Notes under the pieces: model-generated
The model's database searches: none
What the model was told of the DNA's origin: nothing
Seen by the model: the letters and a program-made list of their open reading frames with translations, nothing else
Shown here: positions 36,399 through 45,381 of the stretch, one piece after another
Layout: each line of letters opens with the position of its first letter
Numbering within the stretch: position 1 is the stretch's first letter
Assembly (NCBI GenBank): GCA_018668695.1
Contig: JABJBS010000383.1
Location: 16,753 to 80,752, forward strand
DNA: 64,000 bases
Source of the DNA: Deltaproteobacteria bacterium
GTDB lineage: Bacteria; Myxococcota; XYA12-FULL-58-9; JABJBS01
Direction: 5' to 3'
Program-made: the position numbers and the translations under genes

Positions 36399-36890
36399 CT
36401 ATTCAGGCGCGCGCATATGTAAGCTTAAAAGAAGTTCCGCTCTTTGAACCCATGGGGCAAAGTTTGGCATGTTTGAGCCGATTTGAAGGACTGCTTGGAG
36501 ATCTTCGAGCCCGGCTGGAACATTTCTTGAGAGTATTTGAGATTCTCCTCGATACACGTAGCTCACAACATCCATATCATCGTTGGCAATCGCCATATCG
36601 TAGGCCGCGACGGCTTCAGGGTACTCTTTGAGCTGTTGATTGACTGCACCGAGGGCTCGCCAATAGTGGGCAGTGTAGGGCGCATAAGCCGTTAGGCCGG
36701 TGAAGATGTCTTTAGCAGCATCGTATTTACCGTAGGTGAAGAAGTTGTAACCAAGGGCGTAGATGGTTTCCATCTCCTCGTCACTGATGCCCTCGAGTTC
36801 TTGAAGGGTGATTAAACCATTCATGAATCCATGGATCATAAATTCGAGATATTGCCCGGCTGTATTGTCGATTTCGCTCGATTGACTCAT
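36399..36890 (-). CDS. second cytoplasmic SycD/LcrH-like three-TPR chaperone-type protein (paralog of 31039-31527)
   Basis: 163 aa. ISDEEMETIYALGYNFFTYGKYDAAKDIFTGLTAYAPYTAHYWRALGAVNQQLKEYPEAVAAYDMAIANDDMDVVSYVYRGESQILSRNVPAGLEDLQAVLQIG is ~50% identical to the first copy. Convergent with the 757-aa gene, 11 nt apart. Confidence 0.6.
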   Translation of the reverse strand: MSQSSEIDNTAGQYLEFMIHGFMNGLITLQELEGISDEEMETIYALGYNFFTYGKYDAAKDIFTGLTAYAPYTAHYWRALGAVNQQLKEYPEAVAAYDMAIANDDMDVVSYVYRGESQILSRNVPAGLEDLQAVLQIGSNMPNFAPWVQRAELLLSLHMRAPE

Positions 36891-36990
36891 GCCTTACTAT
36901 ACTTGGGCTCATCTTTTTGGCCAAGTCGCTCGAAGGATTTGAAATAAAGAGCACAACCGCCTAATCTGCATCATCAAGACAACGTACGAT

Positions 36991-38178
36991 ATGGGGACGC
37001 CTCGAATGCGAATTTTCGCCACGATCTCAATGTTTTTAGTTCTGGTTGGCTGTATTGAGCCGGTTCAGTTGGAATGGAAGTTTGACTTAGGCGCACCAAG
37101 TCTTTCGACACCTTTGGTTACCGATGCTTTTATCGCCGTTGGCACAAGCCAGGGCGTTCGTATTTTAACGCGCCAGGGCTCACAGCGTTGCTCGTTCGAC
37201 AAGGCAGGTGAGGTGATTAGCCGTCCAGCAACGGATGGTGAGCGTATCTTCTTTGGCAGCACGAATTATCTCATCTATGCCATGGATAATCACTGCAAGG
37301 AGCTTTGGAGCTTTCAAACGCGCGATCGGGTAAAAGCTGATCCGATTGTTGAAAATGGTGTGGTGTACGTGGGCAGCTACGATGGCCACTTTTACGCACT
37401 TGATGCGAAAACAGGTAAAGCGGTTTGGACCTTCCCAGAGAACCAGGCAAATACGAAGAAGCCCTCTGAGTTTGAAATCGTAAACGAGGATCCGAAATCA
37501 GCCGCAACAAAGGCACCAAATGAAGCTGCGGCGCCTCAAGTTCAAAACCAGGGTCCAACGGATGTTGGAGGCTTTTCTTACTCGTCCGCAGCTATTCAGG
37601 ACGGGGTTATTTTTGTAGGCAACTTGGATTACCGACTTTACGCTCTCGACGCCGCGACCGGGCAGATGCTCTGGCGGTATAAAACGGAAGCTCCTATTAC
37701 TTCGTCTCCAACAGTAGCCAACTCAACCGTTTACTTCGGGAGCAATGATGGCAACGTTTACGCCATCAATATTGAAAACCCGAAACAACCCACCGTGCGC
37801 TGGAAAGTGCCGACTCGGGATTGGGTAAACTCGTCGGTATGCCTTGATGAGGGCTCGGCCTACGTTGGTTCAAACGACCGGCGCCTCTACGCCTTGGATG
37901 CCAAGAGTGGAGGAGCACGGTGGAGCTTTGCGACACGGGGACCCGCTATTTCCGTCCCAGCGGTTTTCAAGAACCTGGTCTTCATTGCAGGCGGAGCCGG
38001 CGACGGAACTGTTTATGCTTTGAATAAGAAGACCGGTGATTTGCATTGGCGTTTTCGGACCGGTGATAAAATCGAGTCAGACCCCATTGTTTCCGTTGAA
38101 GACCGTCATCTTTATGTCTCCAGTTCCGACGGCTATTTCTACGCTTTCCTGATTAATTCAACGGTTCAGAGGCGCTAA
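36991..38178 (+). CDS. PQQ-like beta-propeller repeat lipoprotein (BamB-like)
   Basis: Lipobox LVLVGCIEP. Repeated VYVGSYDGHFYALDAKTGKAVWTF / VIFVGNLDYRLYALDAATGQMLWRY / AYVGSNDRRLYALDAKSGGARWSF blades. Low-complexity insert KKPSEFEIVNEDPKSAATKAPNEAAAPQVQNQG. Confidence 0.6.
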   Translation: MGTPRMRIFATISMFLVLVGCIEPVQLEWKFDLGAPSLSTPLVTDAFIAVGTSQGVRILTRQGSQRCSFDKAGEVISRPATDGERIFFGSTNYLIYAMDNHCKELWSFQTRDRVKADPIVENGVVYVGSYDGHFYALDAKTGKAVWTFPENQANTKKPSEFEIVNEDPKSAATKAPNEAAAPQVQNQGPTDVGGFSYSSAAIQDGVIFVGNLDYRLYALDAATGQMLWRYKTEAPITSSPTVANSTVYFGSNDGNVYAINIENPKQPTVRWKVPTRDWVNSSVCLDEGSAYVGSNDRRLYALDAKSGGARWSFATRGPAISVPAVFKNLVFIAGGAGDGTVYALNKKTGDLHWRFRTGDKIESDPIVSVEDRHLYVSSSDGYFYAFLINSTVQRR

Positions 38179-38842
38179 GCTTTCGTTTAACCAAGACCGT
38201 TTGGCAGCACACGTCGTGAAACGTGCGGTGGTAAGGGTCGAGAATCGGCAAAAAATACCCAGCGCCAAAGCTTAACCACGACACGAGTGAGAGCAGAGTT
38301 CGAAAGATGAGGCGGCTTCGGCTGAGCTCTACGCCCTTGCGGTGAACCAGCACCAATCCCGCAACCCAACGACCAGGAGTAAAGCCCGACCTCGCCAGTG
38401 CAGTGCATTGGTAAGCGGTATAAGCGCCAAAGACGAAGACAAGAGCTGGAGCGATGGCCTCGAGGTGCCCGGCGAGTGAAAGCAATACAGCGTCAACGGC
38501 GTGAGCCCCTTTGTGAAGTTTCACGCCCAAACTGGCGGAGAAGGTGAGGCTTAAAACAAAGACGGCGGCAAGTGAGATAAAACCGTCTAGACAATAAGCG
38601 AAGAGTACCCGAAAACTACCTGCGGGGTTTAGAAAGAGGGCAGCCTCATGAGCGTTTTTAGGTGGAGTCATGAAGGGATTGAGGAGTTTGTGACATTGTT
38701 GGCAGCGAAATAAGCCAAGTGAAGTTGGTTTTTCGCAATTCGGACAAACTCTTGCCTCGGCCTGGATTAAAGGCGAGCGGTAAGCACGGCCGCGGCTGCG
38801 ATGGCTGCGGTTTCGGTTCGTAATACGTGAGGGTTCAACCAC
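38153..38842 (-). CDS. zinc-ribbon plus RDD-family membrane protein
   Basis: CPNCEKPTSLGLFRCQQCHKLL zinc ribbon. Three TM helices. GFTPGRWVAGLVLV is an RDD-domain-like motif. The N-terminal 76 nt overlap the rsmE 3' end, so the start is uncertain. Confidence 0.5.
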   Translation of the reverse strand: MVEPSRITNRNRSHRSRGRAYRSPLIQAEARVCPNCEKPTSLGLFRCQQCHKLLNPFMTPPKNAHEAALFLNPAGSFRVLFAYCLDGFISLAAVFVLSLTFSASLGVKLHKGAHAVDAVLLSLAGHLEAIAPALVFVFGAYTAYQCTALARSGFTPGRWVAGLVLVHRKGVELSRSRLIFRTLLSLVSWLSFGAGYFLPILDPYHRTFHDVCCQTVLVKRKLSASEPLN

Positions 38843-39489
38843 AACAAATTGTACCCCGAGTTTTTGAATTGCTCCAATTCATGGTCAGTAAATCCGCCTT
38901 CTGGACCAATCGCGATTAAAACCTTCCCTTTGAGAGGGCTTGGCAGCGGCGTATCGCTCTCTTTGATCGGTGAAGCGACGAAACGGTGGTCGAATTCGAA
39001 TGTTTTAAGCTCTTCAAGGGTGAGCGGTCCCTCGAGTGTGGGAACCCGCATCCGGCGCGATTGCCGAGCTGCTGCGTCGGAAAGTCTTGCCCACCTCTCA
39101 AACTTTTTGGAACCGGGCTTAGGGATGACGACACTGCGCTCGGTTTTAAGCCAAATCAGGCCAGAGGCTCCCAGCTCAGTGACTTTCTCGACCAACCAAT
39201 CAGCGCGGTCGCCTTTCGGCGTCGCGGAGGCCACATAGAGCTCAAGCTCCGGCCGCGGGGCCTCTTGAGGTTTTGAGACCTCCAAATAAGCGTCCCCGGC
39301 CTCTACGCCGAGCAAAGTGGCAAGGGCGTAAAAGCCATCGCCATCAAAAACTTCAAGCTTTTCACCATCGCCAAGGCGCAGCGCTTTAAGCAAATAACGG
39401 CCTTCATCTTGGCTCAGTGAGTGAGTCCCCTCGCGTAATGGGCTAAGGGGCATTCTCCGGCGGGTTGGTTTTTGGGAATCTTCAGTCAT
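38767..39489 (-). CDS. rsmE: 16S rRNA (uracil1498-N3)-methyltransferase
   Basis: PUA-like N-terminus (LRLGDGEKLEVFDGDG). SPOUT C-terminus (IAIGPEGGFTDHELEQF...LRTETAAIAAAAVL). Confidence 0.75.
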   Translation of the reverse strand: MTEDSQKPTRRRMPLSPLREGTHSLSQDEGRYLLKALRLGDGEKLEVFDGDGFYALATLLGVEAGDAYLEVSKPQEAPRPELELYVASATPKGDRADWLVEKVTELGASGLIWLKTERSVVIPKPGSKKFERWARLSDAAARQSRRMRVPTLEGPLTLEELKTFEFDHRFVASPIKESDTPLPSPLKGKVLIAIGPEGGFTDHELEQFKNSGYNLLWLNPHVLRTETAAIAAAAVLTARL

Positions 39490-39554
39490 CGATGAGGGTT
39501 ATAACCCTGAAAGGGCCGCTTGACACGCTTAAACGCCATCGGTACTTCGCACTC

Positions 39555-40973
39555 ATGAGCCAAAACACAGCAGCTATCATTCTCGCAGCGGGGCAAGGAA
39601 CGCGGATGCGCTCAGCCTTGCCCAAGGTCTTACACCCAGCTTGTGAACTTCCTTTGATTGTCCATGTCGTTCGCTTGGCGCTGGCCTCTGGTGCTTCGCC
39701 CACCGTGGTTGTGATCGGCCCCGAGAGTAAACGCACCCGCGACTTATTAACGGCGACTTTTCCAGACGCACCTCTTGTCTTCGCTGTTCAAGAAGTTGCG
39801 CGTGGAACTGGCGACGCCGCGCGTGTGGGCCTTGAAGCTATTCCGGATTTCAAAGGGCATGTATTGGTCTTGGCCGGTGACGTTCCGCTCTTACAAAAAA
39901 AGACGGTCAGCCGTCTTCAGAAAAGTGGGGCCAACAAAGCTGTGGCTGTATTAACCACTTTCGTTGATGACCCCACCGGTTACGGACGCATCATCCGAGA
40001 CGGCAAAAAGCTACTCCGAATCGTTGAACAAAAAGACGCGAGTAAGGGCGAAAAGGAAATTTCGGAGATCAATTCCGGTGTTTACCTTTTTCACACAGCA
40101 CTTCTACGGCCAGCGGTTTTAGCCCTGCGTTCGGATAATGCCCAAGGTGAGTTCTACCTCACGGATGTGGTTGAGCAGGCGGGAAGCCAAGACCAGGCAG
40201 TTGCAGTGGTGGCGGCTGACCCAAGTGAGTGCGCCGGTGTGAATAACCGTGAGCAGCTCGCTTTCGTTGAAGCCACCCTACGCACCCGTTTGATTCGCTT
40301 CTGGCAGGATAAAGGGGTCACCTTCCTTGATCCCGCGGGAACTTTTATCGGTAGCGATGTAAAGCTTGCTCAAGATGTAACCATTGGGGTTGGCGTTCAG
40401 CTTTGGGGGCAAACGAAAATCGCCAAGGGTGTTGTGATTCATGGCCCCTGCTTTGTGAAGGATACTCAAATCGGGTCTGGAACAATGGTTCATTCCTTCT
40501 CACATTTAGAGCAGGCCAAAGTCGGTAAAGACGCGCAGATAGGACCCTTTGCAAGACTCCGCCCTCAAGCCGCGCTCGCTGATGAAGTAAAGGTCGGTAA
40601 TTTTGTGGAAGTGAAGAAGAGCCAAATCGGTAAAGGTGCCAAGCTCAATCACTTATCTTATGTGGGGGACGCAACCATCGGTCCAAGGTCCAACGTGGGC
40701 GCAGGAACGATAACTTGCAACTACGATGGGCATAATAAGCACCAAACCGTATTGGGCAGTGATGTCTTTATCGGCTCTAACAGTACACTCGTGGCACCTC
40801 TTGAATTAGGTAATGGTGCTTATGTGGCGGCCGGTTCGACGATTACGAAAGTGGTCCCTGCAGATGCACTGGCATTTGGGCGCAGCAAACAAGTTAATAG
40901 GGAAGACTACGCAGCCCTGCTCAAGGAACGAAACGAGCAGGCAAAGGCAGCTCGCTTGAAAGGCAATAAATAG
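39555..40973 (+). CDS. glmU: bifunctional UDP-GlcNAc pyrophosphorylase / GlcN-1-P acetyltransferase
   Basis: AIILAAGQGTRMRS...PKVLHP nucleotidyltransferase motif. C-terminal left-handed beta-helix hexapeptide repeats. Start trimmed to MSQNTAAIIL. Confidence 0.9.
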   Translation: MSQNTAAIILAAGQGTRMRSALPKVLHPACELPLIVHVVRLALASGASPTVVVIGPESKRTRDLLTATFPDAPLVFAVQEVARGTGDAARVGLEAIPDFKGHVLVLAGDVPLLQKKTVSRLQKSGANKAVAVLTTFVDDPTGYGRIIRDGKKLLRIVEQKDASKGEKEISEINSGVYLFHTALLRPAVLALRSDNAQGEFYLTDVVEQAGSQDQAVAVVAADPSECAGVNNREQLAFVEATLRTRLIRFWQDKGVTFLDPAGTFIGSDVKLAQDVTIGVGVQLWGQTKIAKGVVIHGPCFVKDTQIGSGTMVHSFSHLEQAKVGKDAQIGPFARLRPQAALADEVKVGNFVEVKKSQIGKGAKLNHLSYVGDATIGPRSNVGAGTITCNYDGHNKHQTVLGSDVFIGSNSTLVAPLELGNGAYVAAGSTITKVVPADALAFGRSKQVNREDYAALLKERNEQAKAARLKGNK

Positions 40974-42788
40974 ATGTGTGGTATTGTTGGATATGTAGGC
41001 TCTCCAGAAGCAGCAGATTATGTTCTCGATGGGCTGCGACGGCTTGAATACCGCGGCTATGATTCTGCAGGTATCGCTGCAATAGAAGATGGTAAAATGA
41101 CGGTCCGTCGGCGCAAAGGTAAACTTTTAGAGCTGGCAAAGGCTCTTAAAGAAGAACCTCTGGTGGCTGAGTCAGCCATTGGCCATACACGCTGGGCAAC
41201 GCACGGCCGTCCTTCGGATGAGAATGCTCACCCACACCTCGTGGATGACGTGGTGGTGGTCCACAATGGGATTATTGAAAACTTCCTCGAACTCAAAGCC
41301 GAGATGGCTAAGAGCGGCCGAGAGTTTCAAAGTGAGACAGATACAGAGTTGATCAGCCACGTTATTGCTTTGTCTGACGCGCCCAGCCTGGAAGAGCGAG
41401 TTCGCGAAGGTCTTAACCGCGTCGAAGGTGCATATGCCATTGCGGTGATGAGTGAGCGGGAGCCAGATAAAATCGTCGTGGCGAAGAACGCATCGCCTTT
41501 GATTTTGGGTGTGCTTGAGGAAGGCGGCATGCTTGCCTCAGATATCCCCGCGCTTTTGCCCTACACCCGTGATGTTTTGATCATGGAAGAAGGCGAAATG
41601 GCCATCGTTGAAAAAAGCGGTATTCGCCTGATGAGTATGCAGGGCGCTGCAATCGATAGGGCGCCGCGACGCATTGAGTGGTCTCCTGTGATGGCGGAAA
41701 AAGCTGGCCATAAGCACTTTATGCACAAAGAGATCTTTGAGCAGCCGCGGGCGCTTGGTGACACACTTAGAGGCCGAATCAACGATGATGATTGCGATGT
41801 GATTTTGGACCCCGCTTTACTTGAGCGGGCGGCTAAGTGTGAACGGGTGATGTTAACAGCTTGTGGAACGAGCTGGCACTCTTGCTTGGTGGCGCGCATG
41901 GCACTGGAAGAAATGGCCCGAATTGGTTGTGAGGTCGAACTCGCCAGCGAGTTGCGCTACCGCCACCCTCTTTTGGATGAGAAGACTCTTTTGATAGCTG
42001 TAAGTCAGTCGGGGGAAACTGCCGACACCTTGGCTGCGATTCGTGAGGCCAAACGTCTGGGATCACCCGTCTTGTCTATCGTGAATGTTTTAGACTCCTC
42101 GATCGCACGGGAATCCGACTTTGTTCTGTATACGCACGCTGGACCCGAAATCGGTGTCGCATCGACCAAGGCGTTTCTAACGCAAGTGGCGGTGCTGATA
42201 CTTTTTGCAGTTGGCTTGGGTCGTAAGCGCAACCTGAGTAAAGAGCGAGCGGGGGAAGTTCTTAAGCAATTACGAACAGTTCCGTTACTGATTGAGCAAA
42301 TCCTCAAGCAAGAAAATGAGATTCTTGCCGTTGCGCACAAGATGGTGGCGGCTCATTCATCGCTATATTTGGGCCGGGGATACGGTTTTCCAGTTGCTTT
42401 AGAAGGCGCCTTGAAGCTCAAAGAGATCTCTTACCAGCATGCAGAGGGTTATGCGGCAGGTGAAATGAAACATGGGCCGATCGCTTTGATCGAAAAAGGA
42501 GTTCCGATCGTCGCGATTTGTCCACGAGGATCTCTCTACGAGAAGGTGATTTCCAATATTCAAGAGGTTCGGGCACGAGAGGGGTTTGTCATTGCTGTGG
42601 CAACAGACGGTGACGAGCATATTCGCTCTGTAGCTGACGAGGTGCTCTATATACCGGCCTCTGAGGGACTTTTAGTACCCTTGCTTGCAACCATCCCTTT
42701 GCAGCTTTTGGCGTACCATGTGGCGGATCTACGTGGGACGGACATCGATCAACCAAGAAATCTTGCGAAAAGTGTGACCGTCGAATAG
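40974..42788 (+). CDS. glmS: glutamine--fructose-6-phosphate aminotransferase
   Basis: MCGIVGYVG (Ntn Cys2). Two SIS domains. C-terminal ...NLAKSVTVE. Start abuts the glmU stop. Confidence 0.95.
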   Translation: MCGIVGYVGSPEAADYVLDGLRRLEYRGYDSAGIAAIEDGKMTVRRRKGKLLELAKALKEEPLVAESAIGHTRWATHGRPSDENAHPHLVDDVVVVHNGIIENFLELKAEMAKSGREFQSETDTELISHVIALSDAPSLEERVREGLNRVEGAYAIAVMSEREPDKIVVAKNASPLILGVLEEGGMLASDIPALLPYTRDVLIMEEGEMAIVEKSGIRLMSMQGAAIDRAPRRIEWSPVMAEKAGHKHFMHKEIFEQPRALGDTLRGRINDDDCDVILDPALLERAAKCERVMLTACGTSWHSCLVARMALEEMARIGCEVELASELRYRHPLLDEKTLLIAVSQSGETADTLAAIREAKRLGSPVLSIVNVLDSSIARESDFVLYTHAGPEIGVASTKAFLTQVAVLILFAVGLGRKRNLSKERAGEVLKQLRTVPLLIEQILKQENEILAVAHKMVAAHSSLYLGRGYGFPVALEGALKLKEISYQHAEGYAAGEMKHGPIALIEKGVPIVAICPRGSLYEKVISNIQEVRAREGFVIAVATDGDEHIRSVADEVLYIPASEGLLVPLLATIPLQLLAYHVADLRGTDIDQPRNLAKSVTVE

Positions 42789-42965
42789 CCCGGTACAACG
42801 CTGTTTGCTACGATTTAGGACTCAGCTTCTTGCAACGAAATGGGCACGGGCATTGCCTGCAAGTAGGCTTTTCGATATTTCTCATATGTCTCGGTCCATA
42901 AGGGATCGGTGCCCGGTTGTTTCGATAACTATGATATTTTGAGATGTTTAGGGTTGGGTTTTCCA

Positions 42966-43787
42966 ATGCCGATTTTACAAGCTGATTTTGACCAAATACG
43001 CAAGCTGGTACTTGATCGGTCAGGTATCGTTTTAGATTCCAGCAAAATAGCAATGGTCGAACAAAAGATGGGCCCTCTGGCAAAAGATAACGGGGGCATG
43101 GATACCAGTACGCTTGCTCGCGATATTTTGAAGAACCCCAGTGGCTCACTCGCGACGAAACTAATTGAAGAGATCGCTACGCCGGAAACCGGGTTTTTCC
43201 GCGATAACCGTGCTTTTAAGGCACTTAAGCAAGAAGTCATCCCGCGCATCATCGAGAAACGCGGTGTAGAGCGAACTTTAAATATTTGGTCAGGTGGTTG
43301 TTCGACTGGACAAGAGCCCTACAGCATCGTGATGATGTTGCAGGAAAACTTTCCGCAGTTAAAAGGCTGGACGATTCGTTTTATTGCGACTGACATGTCT
43401 TCAAAAGTTCTCGAGCGTGCGCGCTCAGGAAAGTATACTCAGCTCGAAATGAACCGCGGATTGCCCGCACCTATGCTTCTTAAATACTTTCAGAAGCAGG
43501 GTCTAGAGTGGCAAGTTAAACCAGCGATTCGCAGCCTTATTGAATTTAGAGAATTCAATCTGGTTTCAAACTGGCCTCCATTGCCGAAAATGGACATTAT
43601 TTTTCTAAGAAACGTACTCGTGTACTTTCAGCCAGACACCAAGCGAACCGTGTTGGGTAAAGTTGCCGATACACTTCGTCCTGATGGTTTCTTGTTCATG
43701 GGAATGGCCGAAATTCCAATGACCCGTGAAAACAAGTTCGAGAAGCTCGATGTAGAGCGCTCAGGCTGTTTTGTTCTGCGTTCTTAA
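42966..43787 (+). CDS. cheR: chemotaxis protein methyltransferase CheR
   Basis: ILQADFDQIRKLVLDRSGIVLD (CheR N-terminal domain). SAM-binding IWSGGCSTGQEPYSIVM. Start trimmed to the internal Met; coordinates are tied to the track frame. Confidence 0.8.
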   Translation: MPILQADFDQIRKLVLDRSGIVLDSSKIAMVEQKMGPLAKDNGGMDTSTLARDILKNPSGSLATKLIEEIATPETGFFRDNRAFKALKQEVIPRIIEKRGVERTLNIWSGGCSTGQEPYSIVMMLQENFPQLKGWTIRFIATDMSSKVLERARSGKYTQLEMNRGLPAPMLLKYFQKQGLEWQVKPAIRSLIEFREFNLVSNWPPLPKMDIIFLRNVLVYFQPDTKRTVLGKVADTLRPDGFLFMGMAEIPMTRENKFEKLDVERSGCFVLRS

Positions 43788-43913
43788 GCCGCACATTCCC
43801 GTTTTATAACTGTCCCGCACAATCAATTTTCAGACGCTTAGGCATGATAGTCCACAGGTATACCTTGTGAGTATCTTAACCTACACGCAGTAGTTTGTCT
43901 GAAATTTACTGGG

Positions 43914-43945
43914 TAAAATAAAATGAAAGCGGGGATGAATCCCCG
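43914..43945 (-). terminator. rho-independent terminator for the minus-strand cheX-like gene
   Basis: cggggat-gaa-tccccg hairpin preceded on the plus strand by taaaataaaatgaaa. This is a U-tract on the minus strand, 14 nt past the stop at 43959. Confidence 0.6.
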
Positions 43946-43958
43946 TAGAACTTGAAGT

Positions 43959-44441
43959 CTAAGCTAGGTAGTTACCGACGATTGTGGCCTCGGTTGTGAG
44001 GCTTAAAAGCAGCTTTGATGAGCCGAGCTGAACGGGCATATGCCGCCATCGATCGTCATCTATAGAGTCGCTGAATTCACCTTTAGTAAGTACTTTCGGT
44101 AGGCCGAGGTTCTGGCTCAGGTTGAGGAACCCTTTAAGTTGACCCGCAAACATGTTGGATAACTCAGCCATGGTATCGCCGATCATATCGATTTCAACAT
44201 CCGTTGGCTCAAGCGCGAAGAGCGCTGATGCCAGCTGGGTGCAACCCTGAAGATCCGAGGATACTGCCACTGTGATGGGAGTAGGCCCAGGCATCGCAAG
44301 TACTCCCGTGCAATAAAGGAGATCCTTTTTCTGCTCGTTCGTTTGCGTAGCGCTGCAACTTTGCGAGTCTAAACTCAGCATGGTGCTCGTGATATTATGA
44401 AAGACCCCAATGAGGGTTTCGTTGTCTGGAATTGTTACCAT
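43959..44441 (-). CDS. CheX/CheC-like chemotaxis phosphatase family protein (paralog 1)
   Basis: 160 aa. DTMAELSNMFAGQLKG matches the E(L/I)xNxxxG motif of CheX/CheC. Paralogous to 47041-47505 and 58688-59158. Confidence 0.5.
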   Translation of the reverse strand: MVTIPDNETLIGVFHNITSTMLSLDSQSCSATQTNEQKKDLLYCTGVLAMPGPTPITVAVSSDLQGCTQLASALFALEPTDVEIDMIGDTMAELSNMFAGQLKGFLNLSQNLGLPKVLTKGEFSDSIDDDRWRHMPVQLGSSKLLLSLTTEATIVGNYLA

Positions 44442-44505
44442 TTTTACCTAAAGGCCTCGTAGTAATTACACTCTATATCCATCATGACGCATGCAAGAGA
44501 TTCAA

Positions 44506-45327
44506 TCAATCTTTGATGCGATAACAGCCAGCTCGAGCAGCGTTCACACGCTCAAATGAGCGGTCTACGCTCATCGGCATTTCTGCTGCTCCAAGAAACA
44601 AAAAGCCATTGGGCTTCATCAGCTCTTTGATCTTACCAAGTATCCGCCGTTTGGTCGGAACATCGAAGTAGATAAGTACGTTTCGTAGGAAAATAATGTC
44701 CATTTTGGGCATTGGAGGCCAGTTGGCGACTAAGTTGAGCTGTTTGAACTGAATCAAGTTGCGAAACTCAGGTTTCATCTGCCATTCGAGACCATCTTTT
44801 TGAAAATATTTCAGCAGCAGTGGCGCCGGTAGTCCACGGTTGATCTCAAGCTGGCTGTATCGACCCTGTCTCGCCTTATCTAAGATCTTGTTGGAAATAT
44901 CGGTGGCCACAAAATTTACTTTCCAGCTTCGTAGTTGAGGAAAGTGTTGATCGAGAATCATGGAGATCGTGTAGGGCTCTTGGCCGGATGACGAAGCCCC
45001 GCACCACATGGAGAGCGATCTCTCTGCGCGATTGTTCTCAAGTACGTTCGGAATGATTAGTTCTTGAAGCGCTTTGAACGGGTGCATGTCGCGAAAGAAA
45101 CTGGTTTCGTGAATCGTAATTGCTTCGGTGACCCGTTGAAACCAAACTTCAGTTCCCTTGGTCTTGAGCATTTTTACAAACTCTTCGATGGTTTTCAGGC
45201 CTGCCTCTTCAACGACAGGGCCCAGCCGAGACTCGACAAAGTAATGTTTGTTGTTGTCGAGGACGATCGCAGCGCGGTCCTGAATCAACTTTTGTACAAA
45301 ATCAAAATCTTGTTGTCGAAGTGCCAT
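44506..45327 (-). CDS. cheR: chemotaxis protein methyltransferase CheR (second copy)
   Basis: MALRQQDFDFVQKLIQDRAAIVLD... MWCGASSSGQEPYTISM. About 45% identical to the plus-strand CheR. Confidence 0.8.
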   Translation of the reverse strand: MALRQQDFDFVQKLIQDRAAIVLDNNKHYFVESRLGPVVEEAGLKTIEEFVKMLKTKGTEVWFQRVTEAITIHETSFFRDMHPFKALQELIIPNVLENNRAERSLSMWCGASSSGQEPYTISMILDQHFPQLRSWKVNFVATDISNKILDKARQGRYSQLEINRGLPAPLLLKYFQKDGLEWQMKPEFRNLIQFKQLNLVANWPPMPKMDIIFLRNVLIYFDVPTKRRILGKIKELMKPNGFLFLGAAEMPMSVDRSFERVNAARAGCYRIKD

Positions 45328-45381
45328 AGTGAGGCTCCCTAAATTTTTCTCGAACATGTACGTCCGAAAAATTTCTCAAGT

